NCBI GenBank assembly: GCA_964590105.1
Contig: CAZPYM010000004.1
Location: forward strand, 52,198 to 116,197
DNA length: 64,000 bases
Direction: 5' to 3'
Origin: an uncultured Gammaproteobacteria bacterium
GTDB taxonomy: Bacteria > Patescibacteriota > Patescibacteriia > UBA11705 > JABHMO01
A model generated the notes under the pieces. It saw nothing but the letters and a program-made list of their open reading frames with translations. It had not been told where the DNA came from and did not search any database. Made by a program: the position numbers and the translations under genes. Below are positions 55,473-64,000 of this stretch, piece after piece (positions within the stretch are counted from its first letter, which is position 1; each line of letters starts with the position of its first letter).

Positions 55473-58400
55473 ATGAAGCGATTGCCGGCTTTCCTGTTTA
55501 TTTTTACGATTAGCATTGTTTTATTTATCTTCTTACCGATCGCTCCGGCCGAGGCGGCTATTTGGGACATCCAGTACAATGGCGCGAATTATTGCTGCAA
55601 CAGTTCTTACAACACTTGCTACAATGCTTTCGACTGGGCCTACTTGATTTACAATGATAATAAAAGCAAAAGCGACGCCAACCCAAATAACGACACAAAT
55701 ATTGCAACAGACACTGCCAGCATGTGTCGTGAAATCGGCGACTGCATAGCAACAACCTGCGAAAACAAACCTGATCCGCTGACAGCCAAATGCAGTATTA
55801 ATAAACCATCCGCCTGCAAAAATGAATTCCAATGCGACCAACAAAATCCTGACGACGCCCTACCGACAGATCCTAAATTAGTCTGGGACGGCGCTAAATG
55901 TCTCTCAAACGGCATTAACTGCAGCAGTAAATCAGATTGCCCTGCTCAACAATATTGCTGTCTCAGCAAACATGACGACTGCACACCCTACACTTGCACT
56001 ATCGTTAAGCCAACTTATGATATTACTTGCGACGAAAACATTAGTAATTGCTTGAAAACCGCGCCACAGCAGTGCGAAGAGGACTGTATACAAGCAAAAC
56101 AAGACAAATGTGACGAATGTAGACAAGAAAAAATAGAAAAATGTAATACTGCCTGCGACGACCTAACGGAAAACCAAGATGACTGTAAAACCGGCTGCCC
56201 AGACGGAGTAGACGACGCAATAGATAACCTAGAAATATGTCAAAATGACTGCCAAAACATACAAGGCGCAGCAACCTATGTGTGCACCAAGCCCTGTCTA
56301 GATCAGGCGCTCAAAGATTGTCGAAACGAACAACCTGGAGGGGCCTGCAAAGAATGTGAGCAAGATTATGAATGTATTACAGAAAACTGCGCTTCCATAG
56401 ACACCACTATAGGAGAACAAGCGATAAGCCCACTTGAGATGGTAAAATTTGTCTGTCGAGCAAAACCATGTGTAAAAAATAAAGATTGTACAGACGCCGG
56501 ACTCTACGGAACATACTGCCACATTGACAATTTAGACCCGAACCATAATGAATGTCTTCCGCTAAAACAACTCGGGGATTCATGCCTAAGCAGTGACGAC
56601 TGCGCACCAGGATTGCATTGTCCGAATTTTGTTTGTGTAGCCGAATGCATAGATGACGCTGAATGTCCGAAATCTCAATATTGTAATTGGTACGGACTTA
56701 ATGGTAGCCCGACTATAAAGGGTGATCCAAATTCAGATCATATATGCTATGACCTAGTACCAGTAGGAGGCTCTTGTAAGTATTCAAATCAATGCTTGTC
56801 CGGCCTCACCTGCAGTGGCGGAAAATGCTCCAAAGCCGGCCCGCCACCACCGCCGTCTACCGATGAAAAATATTTCACCGGATCCAAATGCTACAATGCT
56901 ATCACCTCGCTAAAAGATCTATGCCCAACGGAAAAATTTCACATGTGGGATGGCATCAAGTGCAATAATACTATTTTTCTTATAAAAACATATTGCAACA
57001 CCTCGTTTTCTTACGACAGTTATACTCAAATGGACGCTGCGGTTCTGGCCGGCGAGGACGTGTCCCAAATGTTAGCTGCAGAAGCAAACATGTTTGATGA
57101 TCCGGCGGACGCAGATCTATATATCAATCCCTTGACCACAATTTCGTTCCCCTGCGGAATTATAGATGATCAATTAATCAACTGCGACACGAAAGGAAAA
57201 TGCGATATTTTATTCCCCTTCCCTCTGGATAACTGGTACGACGATCAATGCCACAAAGACGCGCAAGCTTGCGACACGCACGCCGACTGTACTGTAGAAA
57301 AATATTGCGACCCCACGACAAAAAAATGCTTTGCTAAAAAATACGCAGGAGAATCAGCGCCGGATGTTTTTGCCTGTTTTGGCGGTTATTTTTCCAATAA
57401 ATGCACCTGCACAGGAGGGACAACTGTCGGCTGTCCTGCCGGCCTGGAATGCGAAAGCATGTTCAACTGCGCCGCGCCCAAAGCCTGCGGTCCGAGCAAT
57501 CCCGACTGTCCCGCCGGAAAATTCTGCAATATTGATAATCAAAAACTACCGATAAATCAGTGTTTGGCAAAACAAGAAAAAGGAAAAGGCTGCGTTTCCC
57601 CTAATGAGTGCATCACTGATATGTGCTTTGATGGAAAATGCGACGATGCATATGCACCGGGAACAAAAAAAGAGGGTGAGTCTTGCACAGCTAATCCCAA
57701 AACGCCCGACTGCGTCAAAGGATTTTACTGCGATCCCGCCGGCAATACATGCTCTGCTCAAAAAAAGACAGGAGATGAATGTGCGTTTGCAGTTGAATGT
57801 CTCTCCATAAAATGCACAGCCAATAAATGCGAGCCCATGCCGGGAGAACAAAAATATGGCACCAAAGCAGAAGGCGTCGCCTGCACTGACTATGCAACAA
57901 TCAAACAAAATGATTGTAGCAGTGGTCTATTCTGCTCCGAAGGAACTCAAAAAGTTTGCGTTAAACAAGCTCCGGTCGGTGAAAGTTGCTCCGCCAATTA
58001 TTATTGCATATCAAATTCCTGCGATCTAGCGTCGGGCGGAACAAAAAAGTGTCTCTCTGTAGCCGGCGCGCCAGGAGAAGTCTGCTCCCCCGCCTGCAAT
58101 GCCTGGGAAACTTGTTCCAATAGCGCCTGTAAACTAAATGCCGGCGCCTGCAAGGTCGAAGCTGACTGCGCAGCTGAAGCCACAAATAAATATTGCAATA
58201 CCACAACAAATAAATGCGAAGCGCCAAAGCTATGCACTGATGCAAAGGACTGCACTGATGCACAATATTGCGCCACTACCTGCAAAGATAAACTGACGAG
58301 TGGCTTGGCCTGCACTGCCCCTGAACAATGTTTTTCTTCGGAAGGTTGCCTTGAGAGCAAATGCGCCTGTACTGACACCAAAGAATGCCCGAAAGACAAT

Positions 58401-59519
58401 TATTGCGCTGCAAAAAAATGCACCGCTAAATTGGGCGAGGGCGGAGTCTGCACCGACGCCACCAAAGATATCTGTCTGTCCGGCGAATGTAAAGATGAAA
58501 AGTGCGTGGCTCCGGCAACCGGACCACCCCCGCCGGCCCCGGTCTGCACTCCTACTTGTACTAATGCCTGGGAAGAATGCCAGGCCGGCACGCCCAATGC
58601 CTGCAAACTAAAAGCCGGCATGTGCAACCTAGAAGCTGACTGCGCGGCGGCTACCGACAAAAAAACCTACTGCAATACGACAAAACATGAATGTGAAACA
58701 CCAAAAGCCTGCAAAAAAACAAGCGACTGCACAGCGACACAATATTGCGACACCAAAGCAAAAGCTTGCAAAGACAAACTGGCTTCAGGATTAGCCTGCG
58801 AAGATGCTACTCAATGTCTTTCAATCAACGGCTGCACGAACAAAAAATGCGCCTGCGAAAAATCAGCTGATTGTCCAAAATCTCAATACTGCGGTGGGAC
58901 AACTTTTGAATGCATCGAAAAAACAAAAGTCGGAGACTCTTGTCCGTTCAGCACTACATTTTGCAAAGATATTTGCATCAGTGGTATCGCCAAAGCCGAT
59001 CCCGCAGATGCAACAAAAAGTATCTGCATTTGTGATAATACCTCTCAATGCGAAGACGGCAAATACTGTTCAAATAACGGCGCCGAAAAAGACAAATGTG
59101 TTGACAAGCTGGCGGAAGGGGCAAAGTGCGCAATGGACGGCGTGTGCAAATCAGGGAAATGCCTTATAGATAGTGGAAGTGGAAAAACAGAAGGCGTGTG
59201 TTCAAAACCGGCGGCAGTGGCGCCAGGCGGAGCAGGCGGCGGAACGCCGGTTGTCTCAATCCTCCTGCCAAATTTTCTCGGCACTGATGACCCGTCCGAT
59301 GTTATCGGCCGTGTTATCAATTATATTGTCGGACTAGCCGGCACCGCGGCCATGGTCATGTTTATTTACGGCGGAGCGATGTGGCTGATTTCAGCCGGCC
59401 GGCCGGAATATGTTAGTAAAGGGAGAGACACCATGATGTGGGCGGCGATCGGACTGTTTCTGATTTTTACGAGTTATGTGCTGATTAAATTTATTGTTAA
59501 ATTGCTCGGTTCAGGATAA
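55473..59519 (+). CDS. 1348-aa Cys-rich exported protein with C-terminal VirB2/TrbC-like pilin domain
   Basis: Signal peptide; many C-x4/5-C repeats; C-terminal IGRVINYIVG..FIYGGAMWLISAG..KGRDTMMWAAIGL. Confidence 0.8.
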   Translation: MKRLPAFLFIFTISIVLFIFLPIAPAEAAIWDIQYNGANYCCNSSYNTCYNAFDWAYLIYNDNKSKSDANPNNDTNIATDTASMCREIGDCIATTCENKPDPLTAKCSINKPSACKNEFQCDQQNPDDALPTDPKLVWDGAKCLSNGINCSSKSDCPAQQYCCLSKHDDCTPYTCTIVKPTYDITCDENISNCLKTAPQQCEEDCIQAKQDKCDECRQEKIEKCNTACDDLTENQDDCKTGCPDGVDDAIDNLEICQNDCQNIQGAATYVCTKPCLDQALKDCRNEQPGGACKECEQDYECITENCASIDTTIGEQAISPLEMVKFVCRAKPCVKNKDCTDAGLYGTYCHIDNLDPNHNECLPLKQLGDSCLSSDDCAPGLHCPNFVCVAECIDDAECPKSQYCNWYGLNGSPTIKGDPNSDHICYDLVPVGGSCKYSNQCLSGLTCSGGKCSKAGPPPPPSTDEKYFTGSKCYNAITSLKDLCPTEKFHMWDGIKCNNTIFLIKTYCNTSFSYDSYTQMDAAVLAGEDVSQMLAAEANMFDDPADADLYINPLTTISFPCGIIDDQLINCDTKGKCDILFPFPLDNWYDDQCHKDAQACDTHADCTVEKYCDPTTKKCFAKKYAGESAPDVFACFGGYFSNKCTCTGGTTVGCPAGLECESMFNCAAPKACGPSNPDCPAGKFCNIDNQKLPINQCLAKQEKGKGCVSPNECITDMCFDGKCDDAYAPGTKKEGESCTANPKTPDCVKGFYCDPAGNTCSAQKKTGDECAFAVECLSIKCTANKCEPMPGEQKYGTKAEGVACTDYATIKQNDCSSGLFCSEGTQKVCVKQAPVGESCSANYYCISNSCDLASGGTKKCLSVAGAPGEVCSPACNAWETCSNSACKLNAGACKVEADCAAEATNKYCNTTTNKCEAPKLCTDAKDCTDAQYCATTCKDKLTSGLACTAPEQCFSSEGCLESKCACTDTKECPKDNYCAAKKCTAKLGEGGVCTDATKDICLSGECKDEKCVAPATGPPPPAPVCTPTCTNAWEECQAGTPNACKLKAGMCNLEADCAAATDKKTYCNTTKHECETPKACKKTSDCTATQYCDTKAKACKDKLASGLACEDATQCLSINGCTNKKCACEKSADCPKSQYCGGTTFECIEKTKVGDSCPFSTTFCKDICISGIAKADPADATKSICICDNTSQCEDGKYCSNNGAEKDKCVDKLAEGAKCAMDGVCKSGKCLIDSGSGKTEGVCSKPAAVAPGGAGGGTPVVSILLPNFLGTDDPSDVIGRVINYIVGLAGTAAMVMFIYGGAMWLISAGRPEYVSKGRDTMMWAAIGLFLIFTSYVLIKFIVKLLGSG

Positions 59520-59771
59520 TAAACAATTCATTTCAAATAAAAAATTTCCCGGCAATATCTTTGTCCGGGGAATTTTTGTTTTTCTTTATTTTCCCTTTTC
59601 CCTTCTCGCGTCCAACTTTTACCTTTTACCTGATTCTTTCCCTTCGGCAATTGAGCTAATACTTTTACCTTTTACTTTCCTCCTTTTCCCCCTATTGACA
59701 AAACACTATCATTAAGTTAAGCTATCATATTAAAGTAATGTTCATTGACAACAAAACCCGAGGAGGGAAGA

Positions 59772-60794
59772 ATGAGTCCAATAACAATCAGTGCGATAGT
59801 TTTGGCCATTGCCCTCGCGGCAATGTATATTTCAAAATGTCTGCTCAAAACATCGAAAATCACAATCACGGTACTCGATGAATTCGGCGCCGAGCCAGTG
59901 GACATCCGTATGCCAGGCTGGTCCTGGATCTGGTGGCCAAAAAATACTGTTCACGATGTAATCCCGACTGACGAGCGGGCCTACAACGTAACGGAATTTG
60001 AAATGGTTTGCCTGGTGGAAAATGGCGATATTCAGGTTGGCTCTGCTCACAGACAGCACGGACTCGGCCGAGTGGCGTCCGATGAAATCAGCTTTGGCTA
60101 CAGAGTCAAATTTCATACAGAATATGAGCAAAGAAACTATTTAAGGACTCTGGGAAAAAATAACCAAAGGGTTTTCACTATCAAAGAACAGCTGGACAAA
60201 TACTATTCGCTGGTAAAAGTCGCGCCTGATGGCACGAGAGATATCAGCCGTCTGGAAAATGAAAGAATCCGAGACTTGATTCAATCTCTCTTTAGAAAAG
60301 AAGTTTCTGCCATGTTTTTGTTTCATGCTATTAAAATCACCTCTGCCGACGTAAAACATCTACGCGGCATTATTGAAGAGCGTTTCCAAGAGGAAGCTCT
60401 TCCTCTCGTCTGCACTGACCTGTCTATCAATAATCCATTTGAACCGGCGACTAAAAAACTTCAGGATGCGATAAGCAAGCGCTCTGAAGCGGCGCTGGAA
60501 ATGGAAGCTGCCGTTGTAAACGCGGAAAAAGACAGAAAGCTGGCGGAGATCGGCATCAAGACTGCCGAAGCCAATGCCAAGGCAATGCTGGTTTCCGCGG
60601 AAATGCTGGCCAAAGCCTGGGGCATTGACAAATTGCCGCCGGAACAGCAGGTTACCACTTTCCTGAAGAAAGAAGCGATTCAAGCATTCCGCGACATCGG
60701 CTCAAGTCAGAGCACAAAGATCTTGATTGGCACCAATCTGATGGGTGAAATCAATTCAGCCCTGGGAAAAGTGCTGGACTCGGGAGCTAAGTGA
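59772..60794 (+). CDS. Probable divergent SPFH/band-7 domain protein
   Basis: N-terminal TM, G....PG...W.P segment, Ala/Glu coiled-coil tail; GAGGAGG SD; TTGACA-17-TAAGCT promoter at 59695-59723. Confidence 0.55.
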   Translation: MSPITISAIVLAIALAAMYISKCLLKTSKITITVLDEFGAEPVDIRMPGWSWIWWPKNTVHDVIPTDERAYNVTEFEMVCLVENGDIQVGSAHRQHGLGRVASDEISFGYRVKFHTEYEQRNYLRTLGKNNQRVFTIKEQLDKYYSLVKVAPDGTRDISRLENERIRDLIQSLFRKEVSAMFLFHAIKITSADVKHLRGIIEERFQEEALPLVCTDLSINNPFEPATKKLQDAISKRSEAALEMEAAVVNAEKDRKLAEIGIKTAEANAKAMLVSAEMLAKAWGIDKLPPEQQVTTFLKKEAIQAFRDIGSSQSTKILIGTNLMGEINSALGKVLDSGAK

Positions 60795-61498
60795 TGAACA
60801 ATAAACCCGCTCGAATCTTTTTCGCATTCATTGCCGCGGCCGCTGTCAGCATGATAATCATCGAGCTGACAGTGGCCACCTGGCCGTTTGAACACAAGAT
60901 CATCCTGCCGCTGGCGATCGTCATCACCGGCCTAATCAAATTGCTGACTGACATTTTCAAAACCAAAAAAAAGCCGGCACCGGCTTCTGCCGCTCCGCCC
61001 GCAACTCCCGCCGAACCGGCTCCGCCAAGAAACGAAACCGGAAGTAAAGCAATCAACTTTTTCGTCGGCCTGGTGTTCCTGTGTTTTTGGATTATAGTTC
61101 TGGCTACCATGGTGTGGGCCGGCATCTGGCTGTACAACTCAATGCGAAAAGATATCCGGGAAATCATTAACTCCAGTCATGAAATCAAAGCGATTGAACC
61201 ACTACCCATAGGACACTCTAATAATCAGCAAGTTGACTTTGAAAAGGATCTCTGGCTGGTGCCGGGCACTGTTTACGACGCTTTTACGCTTGAGCAAGGA
61301 CAGCAGTGGAAATGGAGTGTGCTGTCGAAAGATATCTACTACCGCGTGAAGCAAACTGGCCAAGAAGAATTTTCGCTGATTGATCGCGAACAGAACCAAG
61401 GCCATAACCATTCCGCTAATTACGACGGTATATTGCAATTGAAAACAGAACACCGCCACACGCATGTGACGGTGATCAGAATGTTCCGAACAAAATAA
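60794..61498 (+). CDS. Hypothetical three-TM membrane protein
   Basis: Start overlaps the SPFH-like gene stop; Pro/Ala linker; ends at a hairpin terminator (~61503-61530). Confidence 0.6.
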   Translation: MNNKPARIFFAFIAAAAVSMIIIELTVATWPFEHKIILPLAIVITGLIKLLTDIFKTKKKPAPASAAPPATPAEPAPPRNETGSKAINFFVGLVFLCFWIIVLATMVWAGIWLYNSMRKDIREIINSSHEIKAIEPLPIGHSNNQQVDFEKDLWLVPGTVYDAFTLEQGQQWKWSVLSKDIYYRVKQTGQEEFSLIDREQNQGHNHSANYDGILQLKTEHRHTHVTVIRMFRTK

Positions 61499-61548
61499 AA
61501 GCGCTCCGATGCAAGATCGGAGCCTTTTTTATTTTTCTTTATAAATAA

Positions 61549-62118
61549 CTATTTATCAATCGTAATTGAATTATTATCATAAAACTTCAAACTATTAACA
61601 ATAATTTTTGAAGTTTCCCAATTGCCACTGATTTCGACTTCAACTATTCTGTCGCCAAGATCGAAGACAATCAGGTCAACCAGTTTTTCCGGATAAGCAG
61701 CCACCCGGCCTTTGACATTTTTTAACCACAAGCCAGCCTGGCCGTTAATCTCCACATCTTCTCTCGGAGCATCTGCCTTCAATATATCCACCGACTGATT
61801 TTCATAAAACTCCTGCAAACTAAATTGTTGCTTCCAATTGGTATAGCCCAGGATTTTGACCGAATCATCAGCCGCATTGGCTGAAAAAAATCTAGCGATC
61901 AGACCATCTTCACCGCTATCTGTGACTCGCCAGCCTTGCGGGAATCGCAGTTCATATCGAAAAGCCGGATTAGTATACAATTGCCAGCCTTTGACACTCT
62001 GCTTGACGGCTGATTCCTTCATTATTAATTCATTGGTAACTTGCTTTTGCTGTTTTTCACAGCCTATAATGAAAAATGCCATTGCGCAAATAACCATCAC
62101 GGACAAAAATTTTTTCAT
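61549..62118 (-). CDS. Putative lipoprotein with PsbP-like domain
   Basis: IIGC lipobox; W..YTN..FRYEL.FP..W motif; GGAGG SD. Confidence 0.65.
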   Translation of the reverse strand: MKKFLSVMVICAMAFFIIGCEKQQKQVTNELIMKESAVKQSVKGWQLYTNPAFRYELRFPQGWRVTDSGEDGLIARFFSANAADDSVKILGYTNWKQQFSLQEFYENQSVDILKADAPREDVEINGQAGLWLKNVKGRVAAYPEKLVDLIVFDLGDRIVEVEISGNWETSKIIVNSLKFYDNNSITIDK

Positions 62119-62141
62119 AATTATTTTGCCCCTCCGTTATA

Positions 62142-63020
62142 TTATTTTATAATTTGTTCAATAATATTACCCAGCTCTTCTTCAGAATAAAATTCTATCA
62201 CAATCTGCCCCTGCTCTCCTCGTTTTATTATTTTTACTTTGGTGTTTAATTGACTGCGCAACATATCTTCTTTTTCAGCCAGCAAAGGATCTTGACTTGG
62301 AATTCTTTGTTTTCTTTTTAGCCCGCTTTTACCAATTCTTTGCTCAGTGTCGCGAACAGTGTAGCCGTGCAGTAATATTTTTTGTAAAAAATTATTTTGT
62401 TCTTTTTCGTTTTCCAAACTAACCAAAATTTTTGCGTGCCCCTCGGATATTCGTTCTTCGGCAATTGCTTTTTGTGCTTCTTCTGTCAAACCGAGCAATC
62501 TGACAGTATTGGCCACAGCAGAGCGACTGACCCCGAGCTTTTGGGCTACTTGCTCCTGCGTTAAATTAAATTCATCCATCAAACGCTGGTACGCCACGGC
62601 CTTTTCAATTGGATTCAAGCTTTTTCTTTGAACATTTTCAATAATGGCCAACTCTAATTTTTCCTGTTCCTCGGCTTGGCGCACAATCGCCGGTACAGTT
62701 TCAAGGCCAATTATCCTAGCCGCTCTGAGACGTCTTTCTCCAGCGATTAGCTGATATCCACCCTCAACTTTGGTAACAATGATCGGTTGAATAATTCCAT
62801 AAACCTTGATTGATTCAATTAATTCTTCCAAATCTTCGTGACCAAAAGTTTTTCTTGGTTGCATTGGATTAACCTCGATCGCATCAACAGGAATCTGAAA
62901 TATTTTACTACTGTCCTCCGCTAATAAAAATTCCTTATTTTTTTCAGAAATAATATTTTCAGGAATCCTTTTGGGAATCAAGGAGCTAAGCCCTCTGCCT
63001 AAACCTGTAAGTTTTGCCAT
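62142..63020 (-). CDS. parB: Chromosome partitioning protein ParB
   Basis: GLGRGLSSLI, QPRK.F, IAGERRLRA, IENVQR, HTH. Confidence 0.95.
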   Translation of the reverse strand: MAKLTGLGRGLSSLIPKRIPENIISEKNKEFLLAEDSSKIFQIPVDAIEVNPMQPRKTFGHEDLEELIESIKVYGIIQPIIVTKVEGGYQLIAGERRLRAARIIGLETVPAIVRQAEEQEKLELAIIENVQRKSLNPIEKAVAYQRLMDEFNLTQEQVAQKLGVSRSAVANTVRLLGLTEEAQKAIAEERISEGHAKILVSLENEKEQNNFLQKILLHGYTVRDTEQRIGKSGLKRKQRIPSQDPLLAEKEDMLRSQLNTKVKIIKRGEQGQIVIEFYSEEELGNIIEQIIK

Positions 63021-63043
63021 GTTGTTTGCGTTTAATTTTTATT

Positions 63044-63805
63044 TTAAATATTTTCAATCAATTCGCGCGCTAATTTTTGGTAAGCCTTGCCGCCTTTTGA
63101 AAAAGGATCGTATTGCAATATTGATTGTCCGTGGCTTGGGGCCTCGGTCAGTCGGACATTTCTCGGAATCACAGTGCGAAAAATTTTGTCCGGAAAATAT
63201 TTGTATAATTCCTGCATTACTTGCTCAGTCAGCTTCAACCTTTTGTCAAACATAGTGATAACTGCGCCAAGAATGGACAATTCCGGCTTGATGTTTTCCT
63301 GAACAAGATTAATAGTATTAATTAATTGTCCCAATCCCTCGAGCGCATAATATTCCGCCTGCACCGGAATCAAAATATAATCAGAAGCAACCAAACCATT
63401 GATCGTTAGCAAGCCAAGTGAAGGCGGACAGTCAATCAAAATAATGTCATAATCGCCTCGCACTTCAAGCAATGCTTCGGAAAGACGGAATTCTCGGTTC
63501 TCTAGATTGACTAATTCAACATTTGCTCCGGCCAGCGCCTGAGTAGCAGGCGCTATGCGATAGCCCAGATGATTAGTTGATTTGATTATTTCACGAAGCA
63601 AAAACTCGCCGGAAATAGCTTCATATATACCCTTTTCCAAATTTTGATAATCGATGCCAAGTCCAGAAGTAGCATTCGCCTGCGGGTCAAGATCAACCAA
63701 CAAAACATACTTGCCGTGGTCAGCCAGATACGCGCCCAAATTAACTGCGGTCGTCGTCTTGCCGACTCCCCCTTTTTGGTTAACCACCGCGATAACTTTT
63801 GCCAT
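63044..63805 (-). CDS. parA: Chromosome partitioning ATPase ParA/Soj
   Basis: NQKGGVGKTT, DLDPQANAT, IDCPPSLG, EAPSHG; start placed at ATG 63805. Confidence 0.95.
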   Translation of the reverse strand: MAKVIAVVNQKGGVGKTTTAVNLGAYLADHGKYVLLVDLDPQANATSGLGIDYQNLEKGIYEAISGEFLLREIIKSTNHLGYRIAPATQALAGANVELVNLENREFRLSEALLEVRGDYDIILIDCPPSLGLLTINGLVASDYILIPVQAEYYALEGLGQLINTINLVQENIKPELSILGAVITMFDKRLKLTEQVMQELYKYFPDKIFRTVIPRNVRLTEAPSHGQSILQYDPFSKGGKAYQKLARELIENI

Positions 63806-63839
63806 AATTATAAAAATTATGAAGATAACTTCTTTTGAT

Positions 63840-63890
63840 ATTATATTACATAAACATGGCTTTGACAAGCTGGTTTTTATATTCTATAAT
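63840..63890. promoter_or_regulatory. Back-to-back sigma70 promoters for parA (-) and tRNA-Leu (+) with overlapping -35 boxes
   Basis: Plus: TTGACA(63862)-17-TATAAT. Minus: TTGTCA(63868)-17-TATAAT. Confidence 0.7.
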
Positions 63891-63907
63891 CATATCACCT
63901 TTGTTCT

Positions 63908-63993
63908 GCCGCCGTGGCGAAACTGGTAGACGCGCACGACTCAAAATCGTGTGGAGTTCCTCCATGTCGGTTCGACTCCGACCGGCGGCACCA
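63908..63993 (+). tRNA. tRNA-Leu (CAA)
   Basis: Acceptor GCCGCCG/CGGCGGC, anticodon arm CACGA-CTCAAAA-TCGTG, long variable arm, GGTTCGACTCC T-arm, encoded CCA. Confidence 0.96.
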
Positions 63994-64000
63994 TAAATCA

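Noticed and set aside
63908-64000. tRNA-Leu as an integration site
   Set aside because: Window ends 7 nt after CCA; no integrase or duplicated 3' end is visible.

Overview
Chromosomal segment of a low-GC bacterium using the standard code. It is very probably Patescibacteria/CPR; this is inferred from the VirB2/TrbC-like pilin domains fused to giant surface proteins, the short Rel enzymes and the SD-less core genes. Housekeeping genes (prfB, htrA, class III RNR, ftsZ/ftsA, ybeY, rpsU, hisS, lepB, der, pth, dprA, folC, topA, two RSH genes, parAB, tRNA-Leu) alternate with three pilin-anchored Cys-rich surface proteins and small opposite-strand accessory cassettes. The main unexplained signal is non-coding. 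Most intergenic gaps are built from degenerate 7-11 nt periodic arrays of several sequence families, often as inverted pairs. One pair encloses a four-helix-bundle gene and the others are empty. A GC-rich double-hairpin element is found only nested inside these arrays. Other notable items: a split anaerobic RNR whose glycyl-radical motif lies in a 48-aa ORF missing from the ORF track; a candidate multi-branched ncRNA (~43.7-43.85 kb); two ORF-less promoter-to-terminator units next to a hydrolase-dead/bifunctional Rel pair; and a strong SD at rpsU among SD-less core genes. All product calls come from motif recognition by eye, not database searches.
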